From assembly GCA_963664115.2 (NCBI GenBank), contig CAXWPJ010000009.1, positions 96,001 through 160,000 on the forward strand: DNA of 64,000 bases. The letters run 5' to 3'. This document shows positions 40,378 to 50,333 of this stretch, in pieces (the stretch's first letter is position 1; the number at the start of each line of letters is the position of its first letter). A program made the position numbers and the translations under genes. Under the pieces are notes generated by a model. That model did no database searches. It was not told where the DNA came from and saw only the letters and a program-made list of their open reading frames with translations. Source of the stretch: Terriglobia bacterium (GTDB lineage Bacteria > Acidobacteriota > Terriglobia > 20CM-2-55-15).

Positions 40378-41829
40378 GTGCTCGGAAAAACTGTCATCAA
40401 ACTAATCGTCGCCATCTTGTTGTCTTCGGGACTGAGCTCGCACGCACAAAGACAGGAACCGCCCGCGGCACTGCCTCTCGGCCGGGTCGATTTTCCGCCT
40501 TACCAGGAACGGACTTTGGAGAACGGCCTGCGTGTATTCGCTATCGAACATGACGAACAGCCGGTGATCTCGATCCAATTGATCGTTGCCGCAGGGAGCG
40601 CCAATGACCCCGCCCAACTTCCGGGACTCGCGACCTTTACAAGCGATTTGTTGATGAGCGGAACAGGAACGCGGAGCGCTCAGGAAATTGCCGGAGTGAT
40701 TGACTTTGCGGGCGGTGACATCTCGACCCGGGCAGCACGCGAAGCCATAATCGTTTCGGCATCGGTTCTCGCCGACAGCACGGCCCTGGCCTTCGAACTG
40801 CTTCGGGACATCGTGCTCGATCCCGCGTTTGCACCCGCGGAAATCGAACGCCTGCGGGCGCAAACGGCTTCGGCCATGTCTGCCAACCTTCAGGATCCGG
40901 ACTTCATCGCCGACACCGTTTTCAATGTGGCACTTTATGGTGACCACCCCTACGGCCATCCCGCCGATGGAACCCTGTCTTCTGTTCAACGCATTCAAAG
41001 AGAGGATATCGTCCGGTTTCACGACACTTACTTTGCGCCAAACATGACTTCAGTTGTTGTCGCTGGAGCACTCGAACCTTCCGAGGCGTTTCGACTGGTG
41101 GAAGAGTGGTTCGGCGAGTGGCAGGAAAGGGACGTCATGCCCCTGGATCTGACGCTCTCGGAGCGGCTGGAAAGTCGACGCATCATCGTTATCGATAATC
41201 CCGACAGCGTCCAGACAGAAATACGCATCGGTCAGACCATGGTCGCGCGAACCGATCCGGACTACTTTCCGATTCTGGTCGCGAGCGACGTGCTGGGAGG
41301 GCCGCAAGGACGCCTGGGAGACGTCTTGAGAGAAGAACGCGGACTGACCTATGGGGCTTATGAGGCAATCGTTCCGCGGATCGGTCCCGGAAGCCTCTAC
41401 GCGGCGACGGAAACCCGAACCGAGGCAACGATCGAGGCAATCGAATTGATTCTGGCGGAAATCGAGCGATTGCGAACCGTCCGCGTTCCCGAAGACGAAT
41501 TGGAAGAGGTGAAAGCTTTCCTCATCGGCAGCTTCCCACTGACGATAGAGACGCCGAACAATCTGAGCAGTCGTCTGGCTGCCCTGTCGATTTACAACCT
41601 TGGAGCCGACTATCTCGCTACATATAGGGACGCATTGGCTGCAATTACCTCCGAGGACATCGCCCGCGTTGCGAGTGAGCAAGTTCTTGATGATGAGGTT
41701 CTCATCGTGCTCTTCGGGAACGCGGATGCCTTCCTGGAAGAACTCGAATCTCTGGGGCCGGTCGAAGTGATCCCGCTCTCCGGTTTGGACCTGGATTCCC
41801 CCGCGCTTAAGCGAACCACCGTACAATAA
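40378..41829 (+). CDS. M16 family peptidase, non-catalytic partner subunit
   Basis: LENGLRV, HPYG and LREERGLTYG; lacks HxxEH. Start approximate. Confidence 0.85.
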   Translation: MLGKTVIKLIVAILLSSGLSSHAQRQEPPAALPLGRVDFPPYQERTLENGLRVFAIEHDEQPVISIQLIVAAGSANDPAQLPGLATFTSDLLMSGTGTRSAQEIAGVIDFAGGDISTRAAREAIIVSASVLADSTALAFELLRDIVLDPAFAPAEIERLRAQTASAMSANLQDPDFIADTVFNVALYGDHPYGHPADGTLSSVQRIQREDIVRFHDTYFAPNMTSVVVAGALEPSEAFRLVEEWFGEWQERDVMPLDLTLSERLESRRIIVIDNPDSVQTEIRIGQTMVARTDPDYFPILVASDVLGGPQGRLGDVLREERGLTYGAYEAIVPRIGPGSLYAATETRTEATIEAIELILAEIERLRTVRVPEDELEEVKAFLIGSFPLTIETPNNLSSRLAALSIYNLGADYLATYRDALAAITSEDIARVASEQVLDDEVLIVLFGNADAFLEELESLGPVEVIPLSGLDLDSPALKRTTVQ

Positions 41830-41837
41830 ACGGCTCA

Positions 41838-43172
41838 ATGGGAGCCTCCTCTGCGCCGAAAAACGATCCTGCCAGTATTTTCGGGTGGTGCATGTACGAT
41901 TGGGCCAACTCCGCGTACGTCACCACGGTTTCAGTCGGGCTGCTGGGCCCCTATCTGCTCAACGTGGTTATCCCGGATTCCGGCGTCGTCCTATTCGGAA
42001 CTGAATTCGGCGCATCCAGCCTGTTCCCGTTAGCGGTTGGAGTTTCCGCGGCAATAGTGTTTCTGCTCGCTCCTGTGCTCGGCGCCATCGCGGATTTTTC
42101 AGGAGCAAAAAAACGCTTCCTACTCTTCTTCGCCTATATGGGTGCGCTGGCGACGTTACCCCTGTATTTCTCCGGATCCGGGGACGTTCTGATCACCCTG
42201 CTGCTCTTCGTCGTGGCCCAGACTGCCTTTGTCGCCGCCAACGTTTTCTACGATGCTTTCCTGCCCAATATCGCATCAGACGATGACATGGATCGCGTAT
42301 CCGCAAAGGGCTACGCCTATGGCTACGTGGGCGGGGGACTGCAGTTCGCGATGAGTCTGTTGTTGGTTGTGGGATACGAACAGGTAGGAATCACCCAGGA
42401 ACGAGCGGTTCAAATTGCCATGGCGACGGCCGGCATCTGGTGGGCCGGCTTCACGTTATTTACGCTCCGGTACCTCAAGGAAACCCGCACTGAGACTCCG
42501 TTGCCGGACGCGTATCGGCGCATGGGCAGCTTGGTCGGATACCTGGCCCTCGGATTCTCCCGCACGATTCAAACGACCCGAAAAGTCGGACGGTATCGTC
42601 ATCTGGTTTTGTTTCTCATAGCTTTCATGCTCTATAACGATGGAATCCAAACCGTACTGTCGGTAGCCAACCTGTACGGAGCTGACGAGTTGGGATTGGG
42701 TTACGGGGCACTGCTCGGCACCCTGTTGATGATACAGTTCGTCGCCATCGGCGGGGCCTTGTTCTTCAGCTGGCTGGCGGGCCGCATCGGCACCAAGCAA
42801 ACGGTCATGCTAACGCTGGTCATCTGGTCCGTCGCCGTTAGCTATGCCTACTTCATAGAGACAGCGACGGAATTTTTCATACTCGGCGGCGTGATCGGTG
42901 TTGTGCTCGGAGGTTCCCAGGCGCTGAGCCGGTCCTTCTATGGTTCCATGATTCCGGCCGAGGCGAGTGCGGAATTTTACGGCTTCTACTCTGTGTTTTC
43001 CAAGTTCTCCGCCATCTGGGGACCGTTCGTCTTTTTCTTCATCAACCAGCTCACAGGATCGTCCCGGAACGCGATCGTTTCGTTGATCATATTCTTCGTC
43101 CTCGGGCTCGTACTGCTCTACTTTGTCGATGAAGACAAGGCTCGACTGGCAAGAAACGAAAGCGCTTTTTGA
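41838..43172 (+). CDS. MFS transporter, UMF1/Atg22-like family
   Basis: WCMYDWANSAY, FYDAFLP, GYVGGG and SQALSRS. Confidence 0.88.
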   Translation: MGASSAPKNDPASIFGWCMYDWANSAYVTTVSVGLLGPYLLNVVIPDSGVVLFGTEFGASSLFPLAVGVSAAIVFLLAPVLGAIADFSGAKKRFLLFFAYMGALATLPLYFSGSGDVLITLLLFVVAQTAFVAANVFYDAFLPNIASDDDMDRVSAKGYAYGYVGGGLQFAMSLLLVVGYEQVGITQERAVQIAMATAGIWWAGFTLFTLRYLKETRTETPLPDAYRRMGSLVGYLALGFSRTIQTTRKVGRYRHLVLFLIAFMLYNDGIQTVLSVANLYGADELGLGYGALLGTLLMIQFVAIGGALFFSWLAGRIGTKQTVMLTLVIWSVAVSYAYFIETATEFFILGGVIGVVLGGSQALSRSFYGSMIPAEASAEFYGFYSVFSKFSAIWGPFVFFFINQLTGSSRNAIVSLIIFFVLGLVLLYFVDEDKARLARNESAF

Positions 43173-43204
43173 GCCCAACAGACTGTATCGGTGCTCTGCT
43201 ATAA

Positions 43205-43708
43205 TCAGGGATTGATACTGAGAGGCGGCGCAAACAGAGCCACGGCCGATGCATCCTGAACGGCCTCAAGAAGTCGACCTACTGTCTGATTCCGGACAGG
43301 ATCCATCTGATCAGAAGCAATTTCAGACAGCGGTTGGAGAACGAATCGGCGTCCCGCGTATCGCGGATGCGGAATTTCGAGGTCCTGGCTCTGAACAACA
43401 CGATCGTCAAACAGAATGATGTCGATATCCAGCGTGCGGGGCCCGTTACTCAAATGCCGGTGACGCTGGCTGGAGTTTTCGATCTCGAGGCAAACCCGCA
43501 GAAGGTCTTCTGGTTCAAATTCCGTTTCGGCTTCCACGGCAGTGTTCAAAAACCAGGGCTGGGAGAGGATCTCCTTCGGCTGGGTCGAGTACACTGAGGC
43601 GGATCGAAGAACGGAGATACCGTGGGCTTCCAAACCGGACAGGCCGGATTTCAGGTGTCCCAGGCGATCGCCAAGATTGGAACCCAGAGCCAGGTAACAC
43701 CGAAACAT
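43205..43708 (-). CDS. folK: 2-amino-4-hydroxy-6-hydroxymethyldihydropteridine diphosphokinase
   Basis: YLALGSNLGD, GPRTLDIDII, IPHPR and RRFVLQPL. Confidence 0.95.
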   Translation of the reverse strand: MFRCYLALGSNLGDRLGHLKSGLSGLEAHGISVLRSASVYSTQPKEILSQPWFLNTAVEAETEFEPEDLLRVCLEIENSSQRHRHLSNGPRTLDIDIILFDDRVVQSQDLEIPHPRYAGRRFVLQPLSEIASDQMDPVRNQTVGRLLEAVQDASAVALFAPPLSINP

Positions 43709-43835
43709 GCAACCATTAGAACATGCTGGCCTATTCAGCCTGACCCCCTGTCCTTGCCCGGGTCGGGGCGGGTAGTCAGGCCGGGCAAGAGGGGACAGTT
43801 GCCGTCACACTAGCGGGGAGACGCACTCAATATCC

Positions 43836-44390
43836 ATGAAAACGAATCTGACGCAGACTCCTCTCGAAGACCTCGTCGTCATCGACATCGACTATTTCGA
43901 GGACGAACGCGGGTTTTTCATCGAATCCTGGAACCAAAGAGAATTCGCGGCAGCGGGTCTGGATCTCCAGTTCGTGCAGGACAGTCACTCACGTTCCAAT
44001 CAGGGCGTGTTGCGCGGATTGCACTATCAGGACATGACTGCTCCGATGGGAAAGCTGGTCCGTTGCACGCTGGGTGCTGTATTCGACGTCGCCGTTGACC
44101 TTCGCGTGACATCCCCCTCGTTCGGAAAGTGGTTCGGCGTCGAATTGGGCGAGGAGAACAAGAGGCTCATCTATGTCCCCGTCGGCTTTGCTCATGGGTT
44201 TGCGACTCTCTCTGACGTCGCCGAAATTCAATACAAGCAAACAGGCTTCTACGCTCCCCCGGCGGAAGGATCCATACGATGGGATGATCCCGACATCGGG
44301 GTCGACTGGCCTCTCGCTGATCCGATCCTGTCGGACCGCGATCAAAGCGGAATGAGTTTCGCCGAGTACAAGAATAATCCCGCCTTCTGA
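43836..44390 (+). CDS. rfbC: dTDP-4-dehydrorhamnose 3,5-epimerase
   Basis: DERGFF, GVLRGLHYQ, DVAVDLR, GFAHGF and LSDRD. Confidence 0.95.
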   Translation: MKTNLTQTPLEDLVVIDIDYFEDERGFFIESWNQREFAAAGLDLQFVQDSHSRSNQGVLRGLHYQDMTAPMGKLVRCTLGAVFDVAVDLRVTSPSFGKWFGVELGEENKRLIYVPVGFAHGFATLSDVAEIQYKQTGFYAPPAEGSIRWDDPDIGVDWPLADPILSDRDQSGMSFAEYKNNPAF

Positions 44391-44471
44391 TCGGGTATTC
44401 CCTGTTCGCTGGGGTTTACGGGTTTTCTCTCGACGAAGTACTCGCAGCTTCTGATAAAAACTCAGAAATTC

Positions 44472-45440
44472 TTAAGGGCAAATGGCATCGGCCATGGTGT
44501 GCGCCAGGGTGGTGATGAATGGCGATAAAGGCATCAGGTCTTTTCCGTCGGAGACGACGATCTGCTTCTTCTCGACGGCGGAAATCAGGCGCAAGAAAGG
44601 ATCATCCCGCATCCAGCGCTGCAGCTCCTCGTCGCCTTTGCCCGGTACCGACCATGTAAAGACCCACTCCGGGTTCCAGCCCATGATCGCCTCGCTTTCG
44701 ATTCTCTCGTAGGTGTGGAGCCCGCCTCGCGCGGCTACGTTGATACCCCCGACCAGGCGCACAAGATCATGAAACAGGGTCTGGTCACCATAGCTGAATC
44801 CCACCATGGACAGGCCAAATATGCTGACCTCGGGGTGAGGCTCGATGCACTGTTCCGCGATTTCAGCGATCTCTCGTTCAAACCGCTCCCGCTCCTGGCG
44901 AGCCATCTCGTCCTGACCGGTGATGTAGCCGAGCACGGTGATGTTCTCGCCCACCTGCTCTAGGTTGGTATTCAGCGTGTCCAGACCGAACACGGGAATC
45001 CCCGCCGCCTCAAGCTGGTACACGGCCTCTCCGCCAGACGAGGCAGATTCGATCACCAGATCGGGTTCGAGCCGCAGGATGGTCGCGACATCATTCGCGA
45101 CATCAGGTTGATACTGCTCCATCAGGCCCAGCAGGTTGCTGAACTCTTCGTCGTAGGCAGAGGGACTGACACCCACGACGAATTCCGGCGGAACGACTTT
45201 GTAGAGGTACTCGTCGGTGTTCGAGGACAGCGACACGATCCGTTGCGGTGGGGCTTCGAGTTTAATGGTGCCGCCCCGGGGGTCCATCGCCGTTCGGGGA
45301 TAGGCGAGTGGCCCCAGCCGTCCGAGCGAGACGTCGACGCTCGGGCGCTCCACCTGCGCCTGGGCCGGGATTAGAGCCACGCTCAACAAGACACACATTG
45401 TGCTGAACAGATTGGTCAGAAGTAAGTTGCGATGTCGCAC
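44472..45440 (-). CDS. BtuF/FecB-like ABC substrate-binding protein, paralog 1
   Basis: PQRIVSLS, LEPDLVI and GGINVAA; GTG start after an AGAGGAGG RBS shared with the other paralogs. Confidence 0.85.
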   Translation of the reverse strand: MRHRNLLLTNLFSTMCVLLSVALIPAQAQVERPSVDVSLGRLGPLAYPRTAMDPRGGTIKLEAPPQRIVSLSSNTDEYLYKVVPPEFVVGVSPSAYDEEFSNLLGLMEQYQPDVANDVATILRLEPDLVIESASSGGEAVYQLEAAGIPVFGLDTLNTNLEQVGENITVLGYITGQDEMARQERERFEREIAEIAEQCIEPHPEVSIFGLSMVGFSYGDQTLFHDLVRLVGGINVAARGGLHTYERIESEAIMGWNPEWVFTWSVPGKGDEELQRWMRDDPFLRLISAVEKKQIVVSDGKDLMPLSPFITTLAHTMADAICP

Positions 45441-45594
45441 GGCTGGTCCTCCTCTGTTGGTAGTCGCCGTCGAGGAACGCTCTGTTGCCATCGTCGAACG
45501 AAGCTTCAGTCAAAGTGTAGTTTGCCTGGATCTCCGTGGGTGCACGTACGTGAAACTGGCCACAGGATGTCTCCTGTAGCGTGAATGCTGTCGC

Positions 45595-46578
45595 TTAGTT
45601 GCCTCCCGTGCAAATGGCATCGGCCATGGTGTGCGCCAGGGTGGTGATGAATGGCGATAAAGGCATCAGGTCTTTTCCGTCGGAGACGACGATCTGCTTC
45701 TTCTCGACGGCGGAAGTCAGGCGCAAGAAAGGATCATCCCGCATCCAGCGCTGCAGCTCCTCGTCTCCTTTGCCCGGTACCGACCATGTAAAGACCCACT
45801 CCGGGTTCCAGCCCATGATCGCCTCGCTTTCGATTCTCTCGTAGGTGTGGAGCCCGCCCCGCGCGGCTACGTTGATACCCCCGACCAGGCGCACAAGATC
45901 ATGAAACAGGGTCTGGTCACCATAGCTGAATCCCACCATGGACAGGCCAAATATGCTGACCTCGGGGTGAGGCTCGATGCACTGTTCCGCGATATCGGCA
46001 ATCTCTCGTTCAAACCGATCTCGCTCCTGGCGAGCCATCTCGTCCTGGCCGGTGATGTAGCCGAGCACGGTGATGTTCTCGGCCACCTGCCGCAACTCTG
46101 TGTTCCGCGTGTCCAGACGGAACACAGGAACCCCTGCAGCCTCAACCTGGAACAAGAGGTCTCCGCCAAGTGCGGCGGATCCGATCACCAGATCGGGTTC
46201 GAGCTCCAGGATGGTTGCGACATCGTTGGCGACCACGGGATGATACTGCGCTATCAGTCCCAGCAAGTTGCTGAACTCTTCGTCGTAGGCCGAACTGCTG
46301 ACACCCACGACGAGTTCCGGAGGAACCACTTTGTAGAGATAATCGTTGGTGGTCGTCGACACTGACACGATCCGTTGCGGCGGGGCTTCGAGTTTAATAG
46401 TGCCGCCCTGGGGACCCATCGCCAGCCTTGGGTAATCGAGTGGCCCCAGACGTCCAAGCGAAGCGGCGACCCTCGGGCGTAGGGACTGCGACTGGGCCTG
46501 CACCGCGATTGGAGCTACGCTCAACAGAACGCATACGATGTGGATAAGATTCGTCAGAAGAAGCTTGCGATGTCGCAC
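45595..46578 (-). CDS. BtuF/FecB-like ABC substrate-binding protein, paralog 2
   Basis: Same motifs; GTG start at 46578 with AGAGGAGG RBS; 3' half nearly identical to paralog 1. Confidence 0.85.
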   Translation of the reverse strand: MRHRKLLLTNLIHIVCVLLSVAPIAVQAQSQSLRPRVAASLGRLGPLDYPRLAMGPQGGTIKLEAPPQRIVSVSTTTNDYLYKVVPPELVVGVSSSAYDEEFSNLLGLIAQYHPVVANDVATILELEPDLVIGSAALGGDLLFQVEAAGVPVFRLDTRNTELRQVAENITVLGYITGQDEMARQERDRFEREIADIAEQCIEPHPEVSIFGLSMVGFSYGDQTLFHDLVRLVGGINVAARGGLHTYERIESEAIMGWNPEWVFTWSVPGKGDEELQRWMRDDPFLRLTSAVEKKQIVVSDGKDLMPLSPFITTLAHTMADAICTGGN

Positions 46579-46619
46579 GGCCAGCCCTCCTCTCGTTGGT
46601 AGTCGCCGTTCAGTGACGC

Positions 46620-47600
46620 TTAGTTGTTTCCGGTACAAACAGCATCGGCCATGGTGCGCGCCCGCGTGGTGATAAATGGCGACAAACGCCTCGTGTCTCT
46701 TCCGTCGGAGACGACAATCTGCTTCGTCCGCGCGGCAGAAGTCTGGCGCAGGTAGGGATCCTCCATCCAGCGGCCCAGTTCCTCGGCCTCTTTGCCAGGT
46801 ACCGACCAGGTAAACACCCACTCCGGGTTCCAGCCCATGATCGCCTCGCTATCGGCTCTCTCGTAAGTGTGGAGCCCACCTTCCGCCGCCACGTTGATAC
46901 CACCGACCAGGCGTACCAAATCATGAAACAGGGTCTGGTCGCCATAGCTGAATCCAGTCATGGAATGGCCAAACATACGTGCCTCGGGGTGAGGCGCGGC
47001 GCATCGTTCCGCAATTTCGTAAAGCTCTCGTTCAAACCGTTCCCGCGCCTGGCGTGCCATCTCATCCTGGCCGGTGATGTAGCCGAGCACGGTGATGTTC
47101 TCGGCCACCTCCTCCAACTTGGTGTTCAGCGTGTCCAGGCGGAACACCGAAATCCCCGCCGCCTCAAGCTGGCCTACAAGGTCCCCGCCAGAGGACGCGG
47201 ATCCGATCACAAGATCGGGTTCGAGTCCCAGGATGGTCGTGACGTCGCCAGCGACATCCGGATGGTACGGCGCCATAAGCCCCGACAGATGGCTGAATTC
47301 TTTATCGTAGGCCGAGGGGCTGACACCCACGAGAAGCTCCGCTGGAACAACCGTGTAGAGGTACTCGTCGGTGTTCGAGGACAGGGACACGATCCGCTGT
47401 GGCGGGGCTTCAAACCGGACTGTGCCGCCAAGGGGGTCCATCGCCGTTCTCGGATAGTCGAATGGCCCCAGTCGTCCACGCAACGCGTCGACCCTCGGGC
47501 GCTCCAACTGCGATTGCGCCTGTGCCGGGATTAGAGCCACGCTCGACCAGACACATATCAGGCAAAGCAGCTGGGCCATAAGTAGTTTGCCATGTCGCAC
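46620..47600 (-). CDS. BtuF/FecB-like ABC substrate-binding protein, paralog 3
   Basis: Same motifs; GTG start at 47600 with AGAGGGGG RBS. Confidence 0.85.
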   Translation of the reverse strand: MRHGKLLMAQLLCLICVWSSVALIPAQAQSQLERPRVDALRGRLGPFDYPRTAMDPLGGTVRFEAPPQRIVSLSSNTDEYLYTVVPAELLVGVSPSAYDKEFSHLSGLMAPYHPDVAGDVTTILGLEPDLVIGSASSGGDLVGQLEAAGISVFRLDTLNTKLEEVAENITVLGYITGQDEMARQARERFERELYEIAERCAAPHPEARMFGHSMTGFSYGDQTLFHDLVRLVGGINVAAEGGLHTYERADSEAIMGWNPEWVFTWSVPGKEAEELGRWMEDPYLRQTSAARTKQIVVSDGRDTRRLSPFITTRARTMADAVCTGNN

Positions 47601-47658
47601 GGCGGGTCCCCCTCTTCTGAAGATCGCCGCCGCCAGGAAACGCCTTCTTCTCATCGTT

Positions 47659-49026
47659 TTAGCCCTGCCGCGACGAGTTGAAATACTCCGGCAGACCCTG
47701 CTTGGTTTCGATCAGGATTTCGAGTAGATCGCGCCGACGGACGGCGCCGAGCTCGGCGAAACCGCTGTCGGTGACGCTTCCCGTCAACACACCATAAAGT
47801 CTCTGGTAGATCTGCTCGCGTGCCGCCTCGGGCAAGCCGTCGAAGCTTCGGCTGTAGATCATGTATGAGAGTGGATACTGGAACAGTCGCGTCTGGAGAT
47901 CAAAATCTCGCAGTGATCTGCCCTCGCTGTCACGCGGACCACGCTCTGGAAACGTTCCGCTGAACGTGGAAACGCCCTCAATAGGCGATTCCATCGGAGT
48001 CTCGCCAACGAACAACATATAGGAAACGAGCTTGTCGACCTCCGCCGCGAGTTCCTCGGCAGGCAAGGGAAACGTCTCCGATGCACGGAACTGCGCGCCC
48101 ACGCTCGTTAACAGGTTGATCATTCCAGTCTGATGTTCCAATGTCATCAGGGCGACTATGTCGCTAGTCGGCTCAAGGTACTTGGATATGTCGAAGCGGT
48201 CAGCCAACGAGGTGATATTGCCCGTTTCAGACGTGTCCAGCTCATACGGCTGGTCGGGGTCGGATGCCATGGCGTTGCCGCGGTGCGTGATGTCGCCGTG
48301 GGTGCCCGTCACGTAGAAACCACCCCAGCGATCCTCGAACGGCGAACGGTGATTGGTCAACTGGAACAGGCCTTCGCCGTCGTGACGTGCCGTCCCAGTT
48401 GGAGTCGGGAACACGCTTGCCACGATTAGTCCTGGCGCATACCGGTTCACCGGACCGTGGCATGCTGCGCATCCGAACTCACGCTGAAAATGCGGGCCGC
48501 CCTCAATGCCCTCGCCCTGGTTACTTGAATCCGGCCCTGCCGGATTCAAGTTGGTCCCCGTGTTGTCTTCCGCGCTCGCGGGTCCCGCCTGATCAAAGGT
48601 GTAGAAAAGCAGGCCCTCGTCGGGATCGAGCGATGCAAACTCCAACAGTGAACTGTCCTGAACGACACCCAGCATGACGTCGTCGTTGAAGTACAGCGCT
48701 CGTGGCTTCTCCGGGCTGATCACAGTCGCCTGGAAGCTGGTTTTGGAAAAAACCAGCACCTGGGAATCCGGGTTCAGGTCGAGGTGCTCCATCAGGCTGG
48801 GCACATAGCGAAAGTCATCGCTGTGTTCGAGCTCCACTTCGCCCGCTTCAAGCTTCTCGTTCAGTTGCCCGACCGGATCATTTACCTGCCGAGTGGTTTG
48901 CGCAGCCAACGTCCAGGTCATGACGAAAGCCACTGCGATAGAAAAGACTGGTGTCATTGGCCGCATCGTTAAAGTTCCTCTACGTTTCCCGTTTCTCAAG
49001 AGGTGGTCCCGATTACCTTTGCTCAT
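47659..49026 (-). CDS. Exported hypothetical protein with a single CxxCH (c-type heme) motif
   Basis: Signal peptide, SQVLVFSKTSFQ, PRALYF, CAACH, RWGGFYVTG and SDIVALMTLEHQ. Start is 49026 or 48966. Confidence 0.65.
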   Translation of the reverse strand: MSKGNRDHLLRNGKRRGTLTMRPMTPVFSIAVAFVMTWTLAAQTTRQVNDPVGQLNEKLEAGEVELEHSDDFRYVPSLMEHLDLNPDSQVLVFSKTSFQATVISPEKPRALYFNDDVMLGVVQDSSLLEFASLDPDEGLLFYTFDQAGPASAEDNTGTNLNPAGPDSSNQGEGIEGGPHFQREFGCAACHGPVNRYAPGLIVASVFPTPTGTARHDGEGLFQLTNHRSPFEDRWGGFYVTGTHGDITHRGNAMASDPDQPYELDTSETGNITSLADRFDISKYLEPTSDIVALMTLEHQTGMINLLTSVGAQFRASETFPLPAEELAAEVDKLVSYMLFVGETPMESPIEGVSTFSGTFPERGPRDSEGRSLRDFDLQTRLFQYPLSYMIYSRSFDGLPEAAREQIYQRLYGVLTGSVTDSGFAELGAVRRRDLLEILIETKQGLPEYFNSSRQG

Positions 49027-49033
49027 CGAACCC

Positions 49034-50190
49034 CTAGTGGTCCCCGTTAAACAGACTGTAACTTATCAAGATTTCGCCGGCCGCGCTGGACTTTAGCAAG
49101 GATGTCGGAAGCCGTTGCAGTCCAGATGAAGGGTTTCGGGTCTTCATTGTGACGAGCGAGGTAGTCCTCCACGGCCTGGATCAACTCGGGGACCGAGCGG
49201 AAAACGCCACGCCGGAGTCGTTGCTCGGACAGATCCCGGAAAAAGCGCTCGACCATGTTGAGCCACGACGCACTGGTTGGCGTGAAGTGCACATGAAAAC
49301 GCTTGTTACGCTTGAGCCAGTTGACGACTTTCTGATGTTTGTGAGTCGCATAGTTGTCGCAAATAATGTGGATCTCCTTATCTTTCGGCATGGCGCGTTT
49401 GATCTGATTCAGAAACCGGATCCATTCCTGATGGCGATGCTTTGGCATGCAGGTTCCGATGACCGAACCGTCCAGGATGTTGAGCGCGGCGAAAAGCGTG
49501 GTTGTCCCGTTACGTTTGTAATCGTGGGTCATGGTGCCACACCGCCCCTTCTTCAGAGGTAACCCGGGTTGCGTGCGGTCCAGGGCCTGCATCTGGCTCT
49601 TCTCATCGCAGGACAAGACAATGGCGTTTTCCGGTGGGCTCAGATACAGACCGACCACATCCTCCAGCTTTTCGGCGAATCGTTTGTCGTTGGATAGTTT
49701 GAAGGTTCGTGACAGATGAGGCTTCAGTCCATGGACCCGCCAGATTTTCCCGACCGTGGACTCGCTCACGCCAACGGCCTTCGCCATCGAGGCCCGACTC
49801 CAGTGCGTCGCGTTCGGGGGCTTCTCTTCCAGTGTCTTCTTGACGATCCGGGCTCGCTTCCGGCGACTGATCGTGGGAATCCGTCCGCTTCGCGGCGCAT
49901 CCTTTTCGATCCCAGCCAAGCCCTGTTCCACAAAACGATTGCGCCAGCGGCCCGCTTTCTGGCGCGTGATCTCCAAGCGGGCGGCGATCTCATAATTGTT
50001 CCGACCTTCAGCGGCCAGTAATACAATTCGGGATCGTTCCGCCAACCGGACCGATGTACTCCGGCTTCGACTCAGTCGCTCCAACTCCATCCGCTGCTTG
50101 TCATCCAATTCAATGGTCGGTGCTTTCCTCATTCTCTATTGGACGTTGGAAAGCTATTTTAGTTACATTACTTCGAGCGGGGTACACTAG
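49034..50190 (-). mobile_element. Complete IS630-family insertion sequence
   Basis: CTAG at both ends with imperfect IRs CTAGTGgtCCCCG / CTAGTGtaCCCCG enclosing a transposase. Confidence 0.88.
49047..50132 (-). CDS. IS630 family transposase
   Basis: HTH region, DEK, YKRNGT, DNYATHK and SWLNMVE. Confidence 0.95.
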   Translation of the reverse strand: MRKAPTIELDDKQRMELERLSRSRSTSVRLAERSRIVLLAAEGRNNYEIAARLEITRQKAGRWRNRFVEQGLAGIEKDAPRSGRIPTISRRKRARIVKKTLEEKPPNATHWSRASMAKAVGVSESTVGKIWRVHGLKPHLSRTFKLSNDKRFAEKLEDVVGLYLSPPENAIVLSCDEKSQMQALDRTQPGLPLKKGRCGTMTHDYKRNGTTTLFAALNILDGSVIGTCMPKHRHQEWIRFLNQIKRAMPKDKEIHIICDNYATHKHQKVVNWLKRNKRFHVHFTPTSASWLNMVERFFRDLSEQRLRRGVFRSVPELIQAVEDYLARHNEDPKPFIWTATASDILAKVQRGRRNLDKLQSV

Positions 50191-50191
50191 C

Positions 50192-50263
50192 CTAGTCGAG
50201 GCCGGAGGATCAACCGACTGAAGAGTTCCTGAATTCTTCGTCAGGACGGATAACGGCGATGCA
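50192..50263 (-). repeat. 72-bp duplicated leader, copy A
   Basis: 67 of 72 positions identical to 52118-52189. Confidence 0.85.
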
Positions 50264-50333
50264 GACAAGATAGAAGAAGTTTGGAAACAGCCGTTGCCCA
50301 CTGAGAGAACATCCAGCTATTCACACAATACGT

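Noticed and set aside
43740-43800. GC-rich hairpin (CTTGCCCGG / CCGGGCAAG) between folK and rfbC as an ncRNA
   Set aside because: Only a 9-bp stem and no match to SRP or riboswitch consensus
46579-46821. N-terminal extension of the 408-aa ORF for binding-protein paralog 2
   Set aside because: It overlaps paralog 3; the shared RBS and GTG place the start at 46578
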